64,000 bases of DNA from Stegostoma tigrinum. Taxonomy: Eukaryota. The position numbers were made by a program, and so were the translations under genes. This document shows, piece after piece, positions 36,001-49,020 of this stretch; the first letter of the stretch is position 1; every line of letters begins with the position of its first letter. Where the stretch lies: NCBI RefSeq assembly GCF_030684315.1, contig NC_081391.1, positions 13,555,342 through 13,619,341 of the forward strand. Reading direction: 5' to 3'. Under the pieces are notes generated by a model. That model was not told where the DNA came from and made no database searches. It was given only the letters and a program-made list of their open reading frames with translations.

Positions 36001-38210
36001 CTTCAAACATCAGTCTCAGGAGAAGCGGGAACATGCAGAGAAGCTGCTGAAATTCCAGAATCAGCGTGGAGGCGGAGTCTTCCTCCAGGATGTGAAGGTT
36101 GGAGTTGGGTGGGGTGGGGAATGGGATGGTAATGGCTGCTCTTGTGGTGTGGTTTCAAGTCAGTGACAAGGTTTTCATTTGAGTCAAAACTTTGTTCAGC
36201 CTGTTTGATCTCCTTTTTGAAGCCAGTGTGGAAAGAAGCCCTTTGGCCCACCATGTCTATGCTGACCCCACAAACACTAACAACATTAATCCCACTTACC
36301 TGCCCTTGGTCCACAGGCCACTGTCCTGGCACTAAGTATTTGTCCAGCTGGACCCTAAACTGATCTGGAGTAGCTGTCTCCACCACCATCCAACCCTTTA
36401 TGTGGTTCATCTCATATTTCAAACAGCCCCTCAGAGGGGTGGGGGTGGGGTGAAGTTTCCTCCAATCCCCTCTAACCTGCTTACTCCTCAAACCTGGTTT
36501 CTCTCCTGTCTTGGTGTCTGCCATGGGAAGACATTCCATCAACTGGCCACTCTCTATTCTTCAATTACATCAGGTCACTCCCTCAGCTGTTCCTGCTCCA
36601 CAGAAAATCCCAGCCTATCTAACCTCCAATCAATGGATCTTGGGCAACAGCCTGGGGAACCTCACCAGCTTCCCCCTGCAGTGCCATCCTGTCCAGGTGA
36701 CTGGTGAGGCCAAAGAGGAATAATGTGGTGACCAGAAAAACAAACTGAGGAGACTGGTCCCCTTCCTGTTCCACCACACCCAACTAATAGAGGTTGCTTG
36801 CCCTCTGTCACTGTTACACCCTGTTGACCTTGTCTGAACTTTGAGGGATCTATGGTTGTGGGCCTTTCTTAACTGTTAGCAGCACAACACACTTTGCAAA
36901 CACCTCGCTGTCCCTTTGATGAATTAAATAGCCGTGATGTTTCTGATCATCCTGCTCGGGCATGTATGAAGCCACCAGCACAAGTGGTACTTGAACCTTG
37001 GCCTTGTCAGCCAGAGACAGGGGCACTACCACTGTACCATGACAGCATTTAGGATTCACTCGTGAATATCCTCGCAATTCCATCAGATGGACCCTGATGC
37101 AAATCTTGTCATTATCCCCCACAATGACCTGTTATTCACCTTCCTCCTTCAGATCAAGGACCGACAGGCAAGGTGAAAGCAATTCTGAAGGAACTGTGCT
37201 CCAGGGCTGCCTCAGGGGCTAGCAGTGTTCTCAGTGCCAGGGACACAGGTTTTGATCTGGCCTCTGGTGAGGGACTGGTGTTTACATGTCCTCCCCATGT
37301 CTGCGTTGGTGTCCTCATAGTATAAGAGGATTGGCCATCTGAAATGCAGGGTTACAGGAATAGGGTGGGAGAAGGACGAGTTGGGATCCTCTTCAGAGCA
37401 GTTACAGACTGATCCACGTTGTAGAGATTCTGAAGCTAAACTGTCCTTCTTTGCCTCCTCCCAGAAGCCAGAGAGGGATGAGTGGGGTAACAGCCTGCAG
37501 GCAATGCAGGTTGCCCTGGATCTGGAGAAGAATGTGAACCAGAGTTTGCTGGATCTACACCAAGTCGCCACTGCCCAGGCTGACCCTCATGTAAGCTTCA
37601 CCTCCTCATTGACTTCACTGCTAGGCCCTCAGGGCAACACCTTCATTGGTTGGTCTTTTGTGGATTAGAAATTCAGTTAGACTTTGTTTTTGTGCAGATG
37701 ACATGGATCACTTCAGATCCATAGTGATTACAAAATCATTGCTGAGCAGTTGACTCCAAGTATGTATTTTAACTTGTAAACCTGTGGGGAGGACTGAGGC
37801 GATATTGGTGACTGAATTCTCATTCAGGGCCACTGCAGTGGAATGACTTTTATCCATCACAAGTCAACTCTGCTCCAGTAAATAAACAGCAAGATGAAGC
37901 AGCTAAAAAGCAGTTGTCCTCATTGCACAATTTCTCCAGGCGTTGGCTCTAGTCATCCCTGACAATCTCCCTCCATATGCATGTTTTTCAGTGGGGATTG
38001 TGAAGTTGTCTTGGATAGTGTTAATGTACCAAGTGTCATATTCCTCTGTTGCAGCTGTGTGACTTCCTGGAGACCCACTATTTGGATGAGGAGGTGAGGA
38101 TCATCAAGCAACTTGGGGACTACATCACCAACCTGAAGCGCCTGGGAGCCCCTGAGAATGGGATGGGAGAGTACCTGTTTGACAGGCTCTCCCTGGAGGA
38201 CAGCAGTTAG
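33054..38210 (+). CDS. Ferritin subunit, L/M-chain-like, copy E (176 aa)
   Basis: Exons 33054-33155, 35951-36097, 37465-37590, 38055-38210, GT-AG introns, intact ORF ([22 protein letters not shown]). Confidence 0.9.
33646..34420 (+). mobile_element. CR1 LINE 3' fragment in intron 1 of copy E
   Basis: Highly similar to positions about 650-1470 (gagaggtggcaaatggagtttaatgcag...atgttctatg), with internal deletions. Confidence 0.9.
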
Positions 38211-40741
38211 TGTGGCCTGGAGTACTGTCTGCTTGTCAGAATGCATTCCCCACTTCACCCTGGCCAATCTGTCTCTCTCCAGGGAGAAAGGACTTTGAGC
38301 AAAGAATGTAATGGCTGTCCCAGCCGAATGGAAATGAATAAAATGATCTCTTGATCTCAGTTACTGTGCATCATTTTGAGACCACTGATACCTCTTTGGT
38401 CAAGCAAGCTTTCTTGCCTCTCTTCACCATTGCTTTTCCCCAACCCCCTGTGGACAGACTCCAGGCCTATGGGAGCCAGTTGGGGTTCAAATGGGGCCTG
38501 TGACCGACCCTGACGACAACCATCAACTAGTGGCCCTGCTGACCAGTTCACTTTGTCACTGAAGTCTGCTGCTCCTCCCAGGGGCCCTTGGGTTTTCTGA
38601 ACTTTCTTGGTTCAACTGCATAGATTTGTTTTTCCCCCAGAAGGAATCCAAAATTCCTTCAAGTGGCTTCCTCGGTTTGTTGCTTTCTTTCCTCCGCCCA
38701 GGGCTCAGGCCCTCCCCATAACTGGAAGTCCACCAGCCCTGAGCTGGGGGAAATTCAGCCCAAACATTATGAACAGTCACATTCCAGAGAATCATCTCCA
38801 GATTCTCTGGGGCTACTTGATTGATAGTGGATGCTCTTTAAACCATAAATACAAGGATTGGTGACCTGGAGCTTGGATGATTGCCCATGGTTCAAAATAC
38901 TCACATTTGGTTTATGCTTGCTGCTACAACTGGCCTCTGACTGTTGAAGGGTTTGTACAAAAAGCTGCTGCCTTGGTTCTTGGAACCTTTCCATGGGCTG
39001 ATGAAATTTTTTTTTGACCCAGTGAGGGAGCAGGGATTTCTGGGGAAGATGGGGGCTGTCTCCTTCAGTCAAGATGCCTGGACATGCTGACTTTGCCTTA
39101 CAGCTGTTTCCTTGATCATTCAAGGTGTCTGATCATGGGTTAGGGAGGGGGTGATCAGAGACAGCCCGGAGATTATCTTGAGTTTTGGCACAAGTGCACA
39201 CTGTAGCCTTAGGAAGAGTGTGGGTCATTAAGGTACTGAATAGATTTGTTCCATCACAAAAATCGTTGTTGTTTGGCCCAGTCTCTATCCTTGGTGATAG
39301 AATCCCTGCTCTCTGGCAAGAGGCCATTTGACCCAGGTAGCATCAACCTCCTGACCAGAATCCTGCTCAGACCCACCCCAGTCCTTTAACCCTGTGTCTT
39401 CCCCATGGCTAATCCAGCTTGCCCCTTGTCAATATCACCAACTTAGCATTGCCTATCCACTTGACCAGCAAATAGTTCAGATGGTGGGTGGGAAACCAAA
39501 CAGACACTGTAAATGTACAAACTCCCCAGGGTGCCCTAAGGCTGTAATAAATCCCATGTCGCTGTGAGGTAAGTGTTCGCTACTGAGACACTGTTTCACC
39601 CTAAAGTACCGAACAAAGGAATATGCTGTTGCATACTGTCAGAGTCCTACAGCAGAGATACAGGTTGTTTGGCTCAAACCGTCCAGGTCGAGCAGTGTTC
39701 CAAATCTGAACTAGTTGTGTTTGCCCCGTTTCCCTCAACCAGTCCTTTCCCTGGAAATCACCAAATGTCTTTTAACAACTGCAATTGCACCTACTTCTCC
39801 TGCTTTATGTAGCCACTCATTCTTGACATAAACCATTTTCTGTGGGGGAAAAGCTGTTCTTCAGATTCCTTCCCTCTCCTCTTTTCTCCCCCCCCCCCCC
39901 CCCCCAAACTCCACATGCCTGTGTGTGAAAACATTACCCCTACCACCTCTAGTTTTGGACTCCCCTACCCTGTCCCAGCATGCTTACTGTATGCAGTCAA
40001 TCGTGAGTCTGCCAAGGGCAAGGCCACATTTAGTACTCAGCAAGTGTTACACTTCAGGAGGTGGTGATGAGCTGGTCATTACAGTCCATCTGGTGTAGGA
40101 GAGACTGGAATGATGCTGCTGAGGAGGGGCTTCTGGGATTTTCATTCTCAAACAGGGATATTTTCCCAAGTCAGGATGGTGACAGACTTACATGGAGCTC
40201 CATTGCATGTTGTTGGTGCTGCCTCCAGCCAGAACATTGAAAACTGTTCCAGCATTACTCACTCCTAACTTCAGTCTTATTGATGGTGGACCGGCTTTGG
40301 AAAGTTAGAAGTTGTGTAATCACAACAGAATTCCCTGCCTCTGACTTCCCAATTCTTGAGTTGTTCACTCTACAGAATGCAATGAAAACTGTAACAGATA
40401 CTGTCACCTTGGAAACATGCTGGCGTTAAGCGCTGATTCAACTTCAACAATGAAAAACCAAACATGGAGACAGAAATGTTCAACGTGCGATACATTTCTA
40501 GCAGCAGCTGAGACATAGAACCCTGAGGCCTACTGTGTATAAGAGGCACTCAGCACATTTAGCATCTTGCTTTTCAAACTGGGCTTCATGCGACCCTAAG
40601 TCACGGTGATCACAGCAGATTCAGAATGGATCTGCAAAGGACATCGGTTGCCTGTAGCAGACGATCCAAAAGCACATTATTCTGTTGCTGCACAGAAATA
40701 GGAAAATGTTCATATCAACCAAATCAGGGCATTTGACAAAG

Positions 40742-42202
40742 ATGAGGATTGCAAATGTCATTCCCCTGTTCAGAGGATAGCAAATGTGGTTCCCCTGTGC
40801 AAGAAGGGGAGTAGAGACAACCCTGGTAATTGTAGACCAGTCAGCCTTACCTCAGTTGTTGGTAAAGTGTTGAAAAAGGTTATAAGGGATAGGATTTATA
40901 ATTATCTCGAAAAGAATAAATTGGTTAGGGATAGTCAGCATGGTTTTGCGAAGGGAAGGTCGTGCCTCACAAACCTTATTGAATTCTTTCAGAAGGTGAT
41001 CAAACAGGTATTTGAGAGTAAACCGGTTGATGTGGTGCATATGGATTTCAGCAAGTCGTTCGATTAGGTTCGCCACAGTCGGCTATTGTACAAAATGCGG
41101 AGGAATGGAATTGTGGGAGATATAGCAGTTTGGATCGGAAATTGACTTGCTGAAAGAAGACACAGGGTGGTAGTTGATGGAAAATGTTCATCCTGGAGAC
41201 CAGTTACTAGTGGTGTACTGCAAGGGTCGGTGTTGGGTCCACTGCTGTTTGTCATTTTTATAAATGACCTGGATGAGTTTGTAGAAGGATGGGTTAGTAA
41301 ATTTGCAGACGACACTAAGGTCAGTGGAGTTGTGGATAGTGACGAAGGTAGCTGTAGGTCGCAGAGAGACATAGATAAGCTGCAGAGCTGGGCTGAGAAG
41401 TGGCAAATGGAGTTTAATGCAGACAGGTGTGAGGTGATGCACTTTTGTAGGAGTAACTGGAAGGCAAAGTACAGGGCTAATGGTAAGATTCTTGGTGGTG
41501 TAGATGAGCAGAGAGATCTCGGTGTCCATGTACACAGATCCTTGAAAGTTGCCACCCAGGTTGACAGGGTGGTTGAGAAGGCATACAATGTTTTGGCTTT
41601 TATTAATAGAGGGATTGAGTTCCAGAACCAAGAGGTTATGGCGAAGCTGTACAAAACTCTGGTTAGGCCGCACTTGGAGTATTGTGTATAGTTCTGGTCA
41701 CCCCATTATAAGAAGGATGTAGAAGCTTTGGAAAGGGTGCAGAGGAGATTTACTAGGATGTTGCCTGGTATGGAGGGAAGGTCTTAAGAGGAAATGCTGA
41801 GGGACTTGAGGCTGTTTTCATTCGAGAGAAGAAGGCTGAGAGGTGACTTAATTGAAACATATAAAATAATTAGAGGGTTGGATAAGGAGAGCCTTTTTCC
41901 TAGGATGGTGACAGCGAGCACGAGGGGGCATTGCTTTAAATTGAGGTGTGAACGATATAGGACAGATTTCAGAGGTAGTTTCTCTACTCAGAGTAGTGAG
42001 GGAATGGAACGCTTTGCCTGCAACGGTAGTAGATTCGCCAACTTGAGGTACATTTCAGTCGTCATTGGACGAGCATCTGGACGTACATGGAATAGTGTCG
42101 GTTAGATGGGCTCCATATCGGTATGACTGGTCGGCACAACATCGAGGGCCGAAGGGCCTGTACTGTGCTGTAATGTTCTATGTTTTATGTTCTATATTCT
42201 AT
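40742..42202 (+). mobile_element. CR1 LINE, paralogous copy of the element at 1-1470
   Basis: RT ORFs 40786-41067, 41167-41691 and 41794-42105; TTCTAT-type tail. Inserted at caaag|gctcc; the empty site is visible at about 32590 and 56775. Confidence 0.95.
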
Positions 42203-45200
42203 GGCTCCAACACCAACGTTCAAAAGTTATGACGACTATTCCCTCAGATTAACAATCCGACAGAATTCCGCAAATCTGTGATGACTGAGTCTTAATGCAC
42301 AACCTCAGATACACAAGTGAAGGTTTAGAGTATATTTTATTGTCATTTTGTGGCAAATACATTTACAGAATGTGCACTTGTAGAGGAGGTCAAAGCTCAT
42401 TCAGCAATTCCATCATCGACCAGTTGTCAACTGTGATTCGTTTCTGGATCCAGTTCCCATCCTGCACTGATTGGACGTGGCAGCTGATCAACTGATCATC
42501 AAGAGTGATTGGCCATCACTGATGATGTCATTTCCTGCTTCATAAAAAGAGGGTCTGCCCCTGGGGTATAAATAGAGTCCCACGGGAATGATGTTGATTG
42601 TTCTTCCTAATTTTGTTATTTTGGTGGTGAGGAGAATAAAAGAAGTTTATTGTCACAAGATGGCCTCCCAGATCAGTCAGAACTATCACCAGGATTGTGA
42701 AGCTGCTGTCAACAAGCAGATTAATGTGGAGCTCACTGCCTCCTATCTCTATCAGTCTTTGGTGAGTGCTGTCTCTCGGGGTTAAACATATAAATCTGTT
42801 CTGTTGAAGTAAATTCTTTGCCTGGCCTCTAGTGAAGCTGACAATCTAGTAGATTGAGGTTTTGTGGCTCCTACCTAAATATCAGTTCAGGATAGAGGTG
42901 GTGTTACTGTCACGATGGTGTAGGATACTGATGTATGTTAACTCAGGTCCCAGTTGGCCTTCAGTGGTATCTGGAGGGTAAAAGCCTCTTGCTTTTGTTT
43001 TCTTTCTGACACAAGTTTCCTGACTTCATTTGCCTGATCTCTGTGGTGGTCCTAAACAAACATGCTGATTTTTTTTAACACTGACTATAACAATAACTTC
43101 CCTGTTGCAGTGGCCCTTGTTAGTCTGAACAAACCTGAGGCTAGTCTGTGACTGGTATCTATTTTATGTGGATCTCCTTCATTGAGGCTGACTTGGCTTT
43201 ACTTGTATTTATTCAAGAGGTGGGTGTGGCCTATCCCGTTCCTACTGAGAGTTGATCTGCCGTGTGTGAGAAATGTTGGATTCCCTCTCCACCCCACCCC
43301 ACCCCACACTGGGGCTGCAGGAATGTGCTGAGGCTATTAGCCCAGTGACATTGAAGAAATGGAGGTTGTTCCCATATCATTCAGCTTGACCTAAAACAAA
43401 ATGTCCCCTCTAACCCGGTGGTGATGTGACTGTGCCCTTCCAAGGAGTAGAATGTGCTTGGAAGCTATGTGTTGAAGTAACCTTGGTGAGTGCTGCAGGG
43501 GACCTGGTAGGTAATGGACCCTGAAAGGAGGTGGTGAATGCAGTCCCCATGAAGTGGGCTGCCCTGTCCTGGATGGTGTCTGCTTCTTGCATGTTGTAGC
43601 TCCCCTTCTACAGACACACGGGGAATATTCATCTCTCTCTGGGCTTGTGCCTCTTGGAAGGAAGTTGTCTTGTAATGAGGACTAAGTCCCTATAAGCCTC
43701 ACTTGGGAGGTGGGACCGCTTTAATGGTGAGCCAGTTGTTGGGGTTTCATCACTGTGTCCCAACTCTATTGGCACATGCTTCCCAAGGATAAAATCCCGA
43801 CTATCTTCTGCCACAACTTGTAACTACCCACTGAAACCACAGATATTTGCTTGCCTGACTGTGGTTTTTGGATTTGAGGATTAAAGTAACTTTACAGGAG
43901 TCCTTCCCCAGAATGTAATTCTTAGCTGATGCTTCCAATAGCGAGCATTAGCTCTTAAACCCTTACATCGAATTGTGAACATGACAGTTTAGATATGAGT
44001 CACATGGGCTGAAAACCTACAGGATTTTTTGCCTGTTTGGGTAAAGTCAGGGCAAGTGTTTTTCCAGGTTACTGTTTTCACTAGTGACGTTATCTACAGG
44101 CCACTAATAGTTGACATTTGATCATTTGTTTTGCAATTTGTTTCAGTCATGTGACTTGGTGCAAGTTTCTGACAGCCTGAGTTTGCACTATTTAGGCAGA
44201 GCAATAACCCACTGCTGCAACGATCCAAAGGCTGTTACTGGGCAGGCTTTCCTCGGCATTATCTTAGTGCCAAACTCCATACTGGAGACAGCACACCTTT
44301 GTAGAGTTCATGTGTACACTTACATCCCAATCTCATTGATCCTGGGTTTGCAGAAAACATGCTCCCTACTAGTCGTTGACTACAGCAGGGTTTCAACATC
44401 TTTTTTCCAGTTTTCCCCAAAGGCAAAACATAGTGCCTTGCGTCTTGTAGTTGAGAACTGGAATGGGGAGTGAGCCAGTGATGTCTGATGTAATTTTAAC
44501 TTGATCTTCCAGATGTCCTACTTTGACCGGGACGATGTTGCCCTCGCCCATTTCTCCCGGTTCTTCAAAGATCAGTCCCAGGAGAAGCGGGAACATGCAG
44601 AAAAGCTGCTGAAATTCCAGAATCAGCGTGGAGGCCGAGTCCTCCTCCAGGATGTGAAGGTTGGGGTTGGGTGGTGGGGGAAGTGCAGGGGGGAATGGCT
44701 GCTCTTGCGGTGTCATCTCCAGTGACAAGATTTTCAGATCCTGAGCGAGTGTGAGAAGTTCTTTTGCTTGGCTTCCCTGTTTGCTCTTCTCCATCTCCAG
44801 TGTTTCAGCATTTATGCAAGCCCTCTGGTCCACCAGGCCTATGCTGACGCAGCAAAGACCGAACTGTACTCACCCTGTACTTGGTCCAGGCCCTACTATA
44901 CCCTAGTGTTTAGCACTCGCCCAGCTAGTCCTTTAAACAGTGCTGCAGTAGCCGTTTCCAGCACTTTGTTCTTCCGTTCCCCAACACACCCACCAAATTT
45001 CCTCCAATCCCCTCTATCCTGCTTCCTCAAACCTGTGCCCTCTGGTCTGAGTGTCTGCCATGGGGAAGACATTTTCCCCATCTACTGTCCAGACTTCCTT
45101 GTCTTCCATCAAACAACCACCTCAGCCTCACCTGCTCAAAGGAAAACCCCCAGCCCATCCAATCTCTCTCCTCAATGGATTTTCTGTCTTGGCGAAACAA

Positions 45201-46610
45201 CCTGGGGACCCTCACCAGCACCCCCTGCAGTAGCATCCTGTCCTTCTGACCAGTGAGGCCAACGATAGAATGCAGCAGAGACCGGAAGAACAATTTTCAT
45301 AAAATGTGTTCAAAGGACTTGTCCCTGTGCTGTTCCTCACAACCCTGCCCCAAACTAACACATGTTACTTGGCCTATGTCCCCTTTCACACACAGTTTGC
45401 CTTGTGTGAGCATTGAGGGATCGATGATCCTGTGTTTATTGTAAGCACATTACTGCCCCCCACAATGAATTCAAGTCATGATGGTTCTGACCATGCTGCT
45501 CGGGCATGTATGAGGCCACAAGCACAAGTGAGACTTGAACCTCAGCCTTGTCAACCGGAGCTTGGGACACTACCGCTACTTCCCCCACAGCCCTTGGGAT
45601 TCACTCCTGAATATCCTTTTTAAGACTCCAGCAGATGGACACTGGTGCAAATAACTAATCTGGTACATTTTTATTCCCTGTGGTACAAGGATACGTTCCT
45701 GAGCTTCCGGCTTCAGGTCAAGGATAAATGGGGCAAGGTGAAAGGAGTCACCAAGTAGCTAATGTTTTCTTTACCTGGACTTCAGGGATGGCACAGTGGC
45801 TCAGTGGTTGGCACTGTTGACTCAGTGCCAGGGGCACCAGTTTGGTTCTGGCCTGTGACGAGAATTTAAACGTTATCCCAAAGCATGGCTTCCCCACAGA
45901 GTAGAAAAGAGGATTGGCAACTTGAAATGCAGGTTACACGAACAGGGTGGGAATGGGGCCAGATGGGATGCTCTTCAGCAGTTATGGTCTCAATGGGGTG
46001 AATGGCCAGCTCCCATGCTGCAGGGATTCTGTTTCTAAAGCTTACCTGTCCTTCTCTCCATCCCCAGAAGCCAGAGAGGGATGAGTGGGGTAACAGTCTG
46101 CAGGCAATGCAGGTTGCCCTGGATCTGGAGAAGAATGTGAACCAGAGTTTGCTGGATCTCCACCAACTCGCCACAGCACAGACTGACCCTCATGTAAGCT
46201 TCACCTCCTCATTCACATCACTGCTAGACTCTCAGGGTAATGTTTCATTGGTTGGTCTGTGTGGATTGGAAATTCACTAATGTAACACTTTCCATCCATT
46301 ACTTTCCTGAACTATTGTAACATTGATCACTTGGGATCATACTGATTACAATGAGGTATAAGGGGAATTTGATCTCGAATCTAGTGGAAGTGCTGAAATG
46401 ACGTTGGCCACTGAGTTCTTCATTAGTATCATTGCAGTGGAATGATCATTGTCCATCACAATCCAACTCAGCTCCATTTCACAAACAGCAAGATGCAGCA
46501 GCTGACATGTTGTCCTCACTGGCACAAATTCTCCAGGTGTTAGCTCGCTTTTCAGGGCTGTCCAGAGCTAGTCATGGCTAAGTCTGTCTTGCAGAGGGAA
46601 TTCTGAAATT
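40750..46610 (+). repeat. Duplicate of segment 1 to about 5935 (CR1 plus copy A up to intron 3)
   Basis: ATG offset 1928 vs 42660 = 40732. Introns are colinear, with reciprocal deletions. Confidence 0.95.
42387..42572 (+). promoter_or_regulatory. Proximal promoter of ferritin copy A'
   Basis: DR1-like AGGTCAAAGCTCA 42387-42399, two ATTGG, TGATGTCA, TATAAA 42567-42572. Confidence 0.7.
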
Positions 46611-46813
46611 GTCTTGGATAGTATAAATGTACCAAGTGTCATATTCCTCTGTTGCAGCTGTGTGACTTCCTGGAGACTCACTATTTGGATGAGGAGGTGG
46701 AGATCATCAAGCAACTCGGGGACTACATCACCAACCTGAAGCGCCTGGGAGCCCCTGAGAATGGGATGGGAGAGTACCTGTTTGACAGGCTCTCCCTGGA
46801 GGACAGCAGTTAG
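42660..46813 (+). CDS. Ferritin subunit, L/M-chain-like, chimeric copy A'/C (176 aa)
   Basis: Exons 42660-42761, 44513-44659, 46068-46193, 46658-46813, GT-AG introns, intact ORF, AATAAA at 46939. Confidence 0.92.
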
Positions 46814-48742
46814 TGTGGCCTGGAGTACTGTCTGCTTGTTCTGAATGTATTCCCCACTTCACCCTGGGCAACCCGTCTCCTTCCAGGGAGAAGAGGCTTG
46901 TAGCAAAGAATAATGGCTGTACCAGCTGAATGCAAATGAATAAAATCATTTATGATCTTGCTTATTGTCCATCATTCAGAGCACTGGATATTTTGGGAAA
47001 TGTCTTATTGAGCTTGAAGGCAGTTCTCTTTCTGTAATTTGGCTGACCCAATTACTAATTGGACATGAAAACAACCTTTCAATGGATGTATTTACTCACT
47101 CTCGATCATTGCACAGTAACTAGACGGACTTCCTTTTTCTCATGACACAGGAGACTCAAGACTTTCCCCTCTAAGTAGGATGAGGTTGGTGTTTCCCCAA
47201 TTGTGGGGTGGAAAATCTTCCAGAGGTCAATTAGTACAGTTCTGGATACTCTAGGTTCAATTGTCGATCAGAACTTGTCTTCCTTTTTGAGACAGGAAGT
47301 TCCCGTACCTGCTCGAAGGGATAAACCAGACGCCCATTCCATAGGATGTGGGATATCTACGTTCAATGCCAGGTTTCCCTTCCTGCAGCCTCCCCTCAGT
47401 CACCACGCGCAATGAGATTTGTCACTCGGACGATAATCTAATGGGAAGACAAGTCTGTGATTTGGAGGCTGGATCAGTTGACAAAATGCTGGCGGAAGTA
47501 GATATATCAAGTTCTGCTCTAAATCCAGTTGCAGGAACCAGCTAAGTTAGGAAAGACACAGGCTTGACTCATCTGGTGTAACCTCCCCAGTGAGGCCCTA
47601 CCATGACCAGTATTTTCTATTCTCAGCATTGTTGTTTTTGGTCTCCTGTGAATGTAGCCTAGGGATCTTGGAGCCGGTTATGGATCAAAGCAGGACCAGC
47701 ACTGGAGGCCTGTGACCTTCTCTTTCTCCCCATCTCTTGTTCCAGCCAACTGCAGTTGCACCCCCTACCCAGTTAAATCCCTCTTGACATTTCTGAGGGA
47801 GGGTGGCTGGACTCACTGTGGGTTGGCTTTTTCATTCCTCCATCTGAGTAACATAGCCCGCTCCATCTTTGCTCAAGAAGGAGTCAGTTCACACTGGGGC
47901 TGAGCTTTTCCCAAGAGCAATCCAAAATTGTCTTTAATGTGGCATCCTCCCCTTCTTCCTCCTCCTTTCTCCACCACACCCCCCTTCTCTCCCAGCATTC
48001 ACTCCAACAAGCTGCCCAGCCCAGATCTGGGAAAATTCAGCCCAACCGTTCACAGAAGCCACATACCAAGAGGTCAGCTGGAATTCCCCTGATCTGTATG
48101 GGATTCCAATGTCTGCTCTCGATGCTAACAACAGGAAGTTTTAGTTTTTGCTGTAGAATCCCTCAATGCGGGCAGATGCCATTCAGCTGATTAAATTTGT
48201 AATGACCTACTGAGCAACCTCCTGCTGAGGGACACCCTATTCCCTTAATCCCACATTTCCCATGGCTAATCTAACAAATCCGAATGCCCCTTGTCACTGT
48301 CAGCAATTATCTTTGCCAATCGACCTAATCTGCAGCCCATTGGACTAGGGGAGGGAGTCGGAGCAGATGGTGGAAATCCATGCAGACACAGGGAGAATGT
48401 GCAAACTCCACTCATGTTGCCAAAGGCTCGAATTGAACCAGAGTCCCTGTGGCTGTGACGTATCAGTGTTAACCACTGAGCCCCCATCACGTCCAAAAGT
48501 ACCATACAAAAGGGGGAGGCTGTTGCACAGTCATCAAGTCATACATCATGGAAATAGACTCTTCTGCCCACACAGTCCCTACAGACCAGGTTTCCAAAAC
48601 TCTGTAGTGCCATTTGGCCCATCTTCCTCGAAGCCATTCCTTCCCCCATAAGTGTCCAAATGTCTTATCAAAGTGGTAATTATACGTCTATTTTATTCTC
48701 ATTTTCAGCTTGATAAACTTATACAATTTGTTCTTGCACAGG

Positions 48743-48923
48743 AGGTCAAAGGTCATTCAGCAATTCCATCATCCACCAGTTGTCAATTCTGGTTTCTGGA
48801 TCCAATTCCCATCCTGCACTGATTGGACGTGGCAACTGATCAATTGATTAACAAGAGTGATTGGCCATCACTGATGATGTCATTTCCTGCTCAAAAAATG
48901 AGGGTCTTCTCCTGGAGTATAAA
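48743..48923 (+). promoter_or_regulatory. Proximal promoter of ferritin copy D'
   Basis: Perfect DR1 48743-48755, two ATTGG, ATCAATTGAT, TGATGTCA, TATAAA 48918-48923. Confidence 0.75.
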
Positions 48924-49020
48924 TAGAGCCCAATGGCATTGCTATTTTAGGTGTAGCTGATTTTCTTTCTATATTTATAATTTGGTTTTGTTGGATAAGG
49001 AAAGCTGTTTCTATCACAAA

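Larger units (their letters stand above)
22260..39813 (+). repeat. Segmental duplication unit (C exon 4 and flank, D, E), near-identical to about 46624-64000
   Basis: Offsets: C exon 4 22294 vs 46658 and D ATG 24657 vs 49021 (both 24364); E ATG 33054 vs 57238 (24184). The ORF track repeats nearly verbatim. Confidence 0.95.

Noticed and set aside
36003-36542. 179-aa minus-strand ORF repeated at 60180-60719
   Set aside because: It is antisense to exon 2 and intron 2, has no recognisable domain, and recurs only because of the recent segmental duplication.
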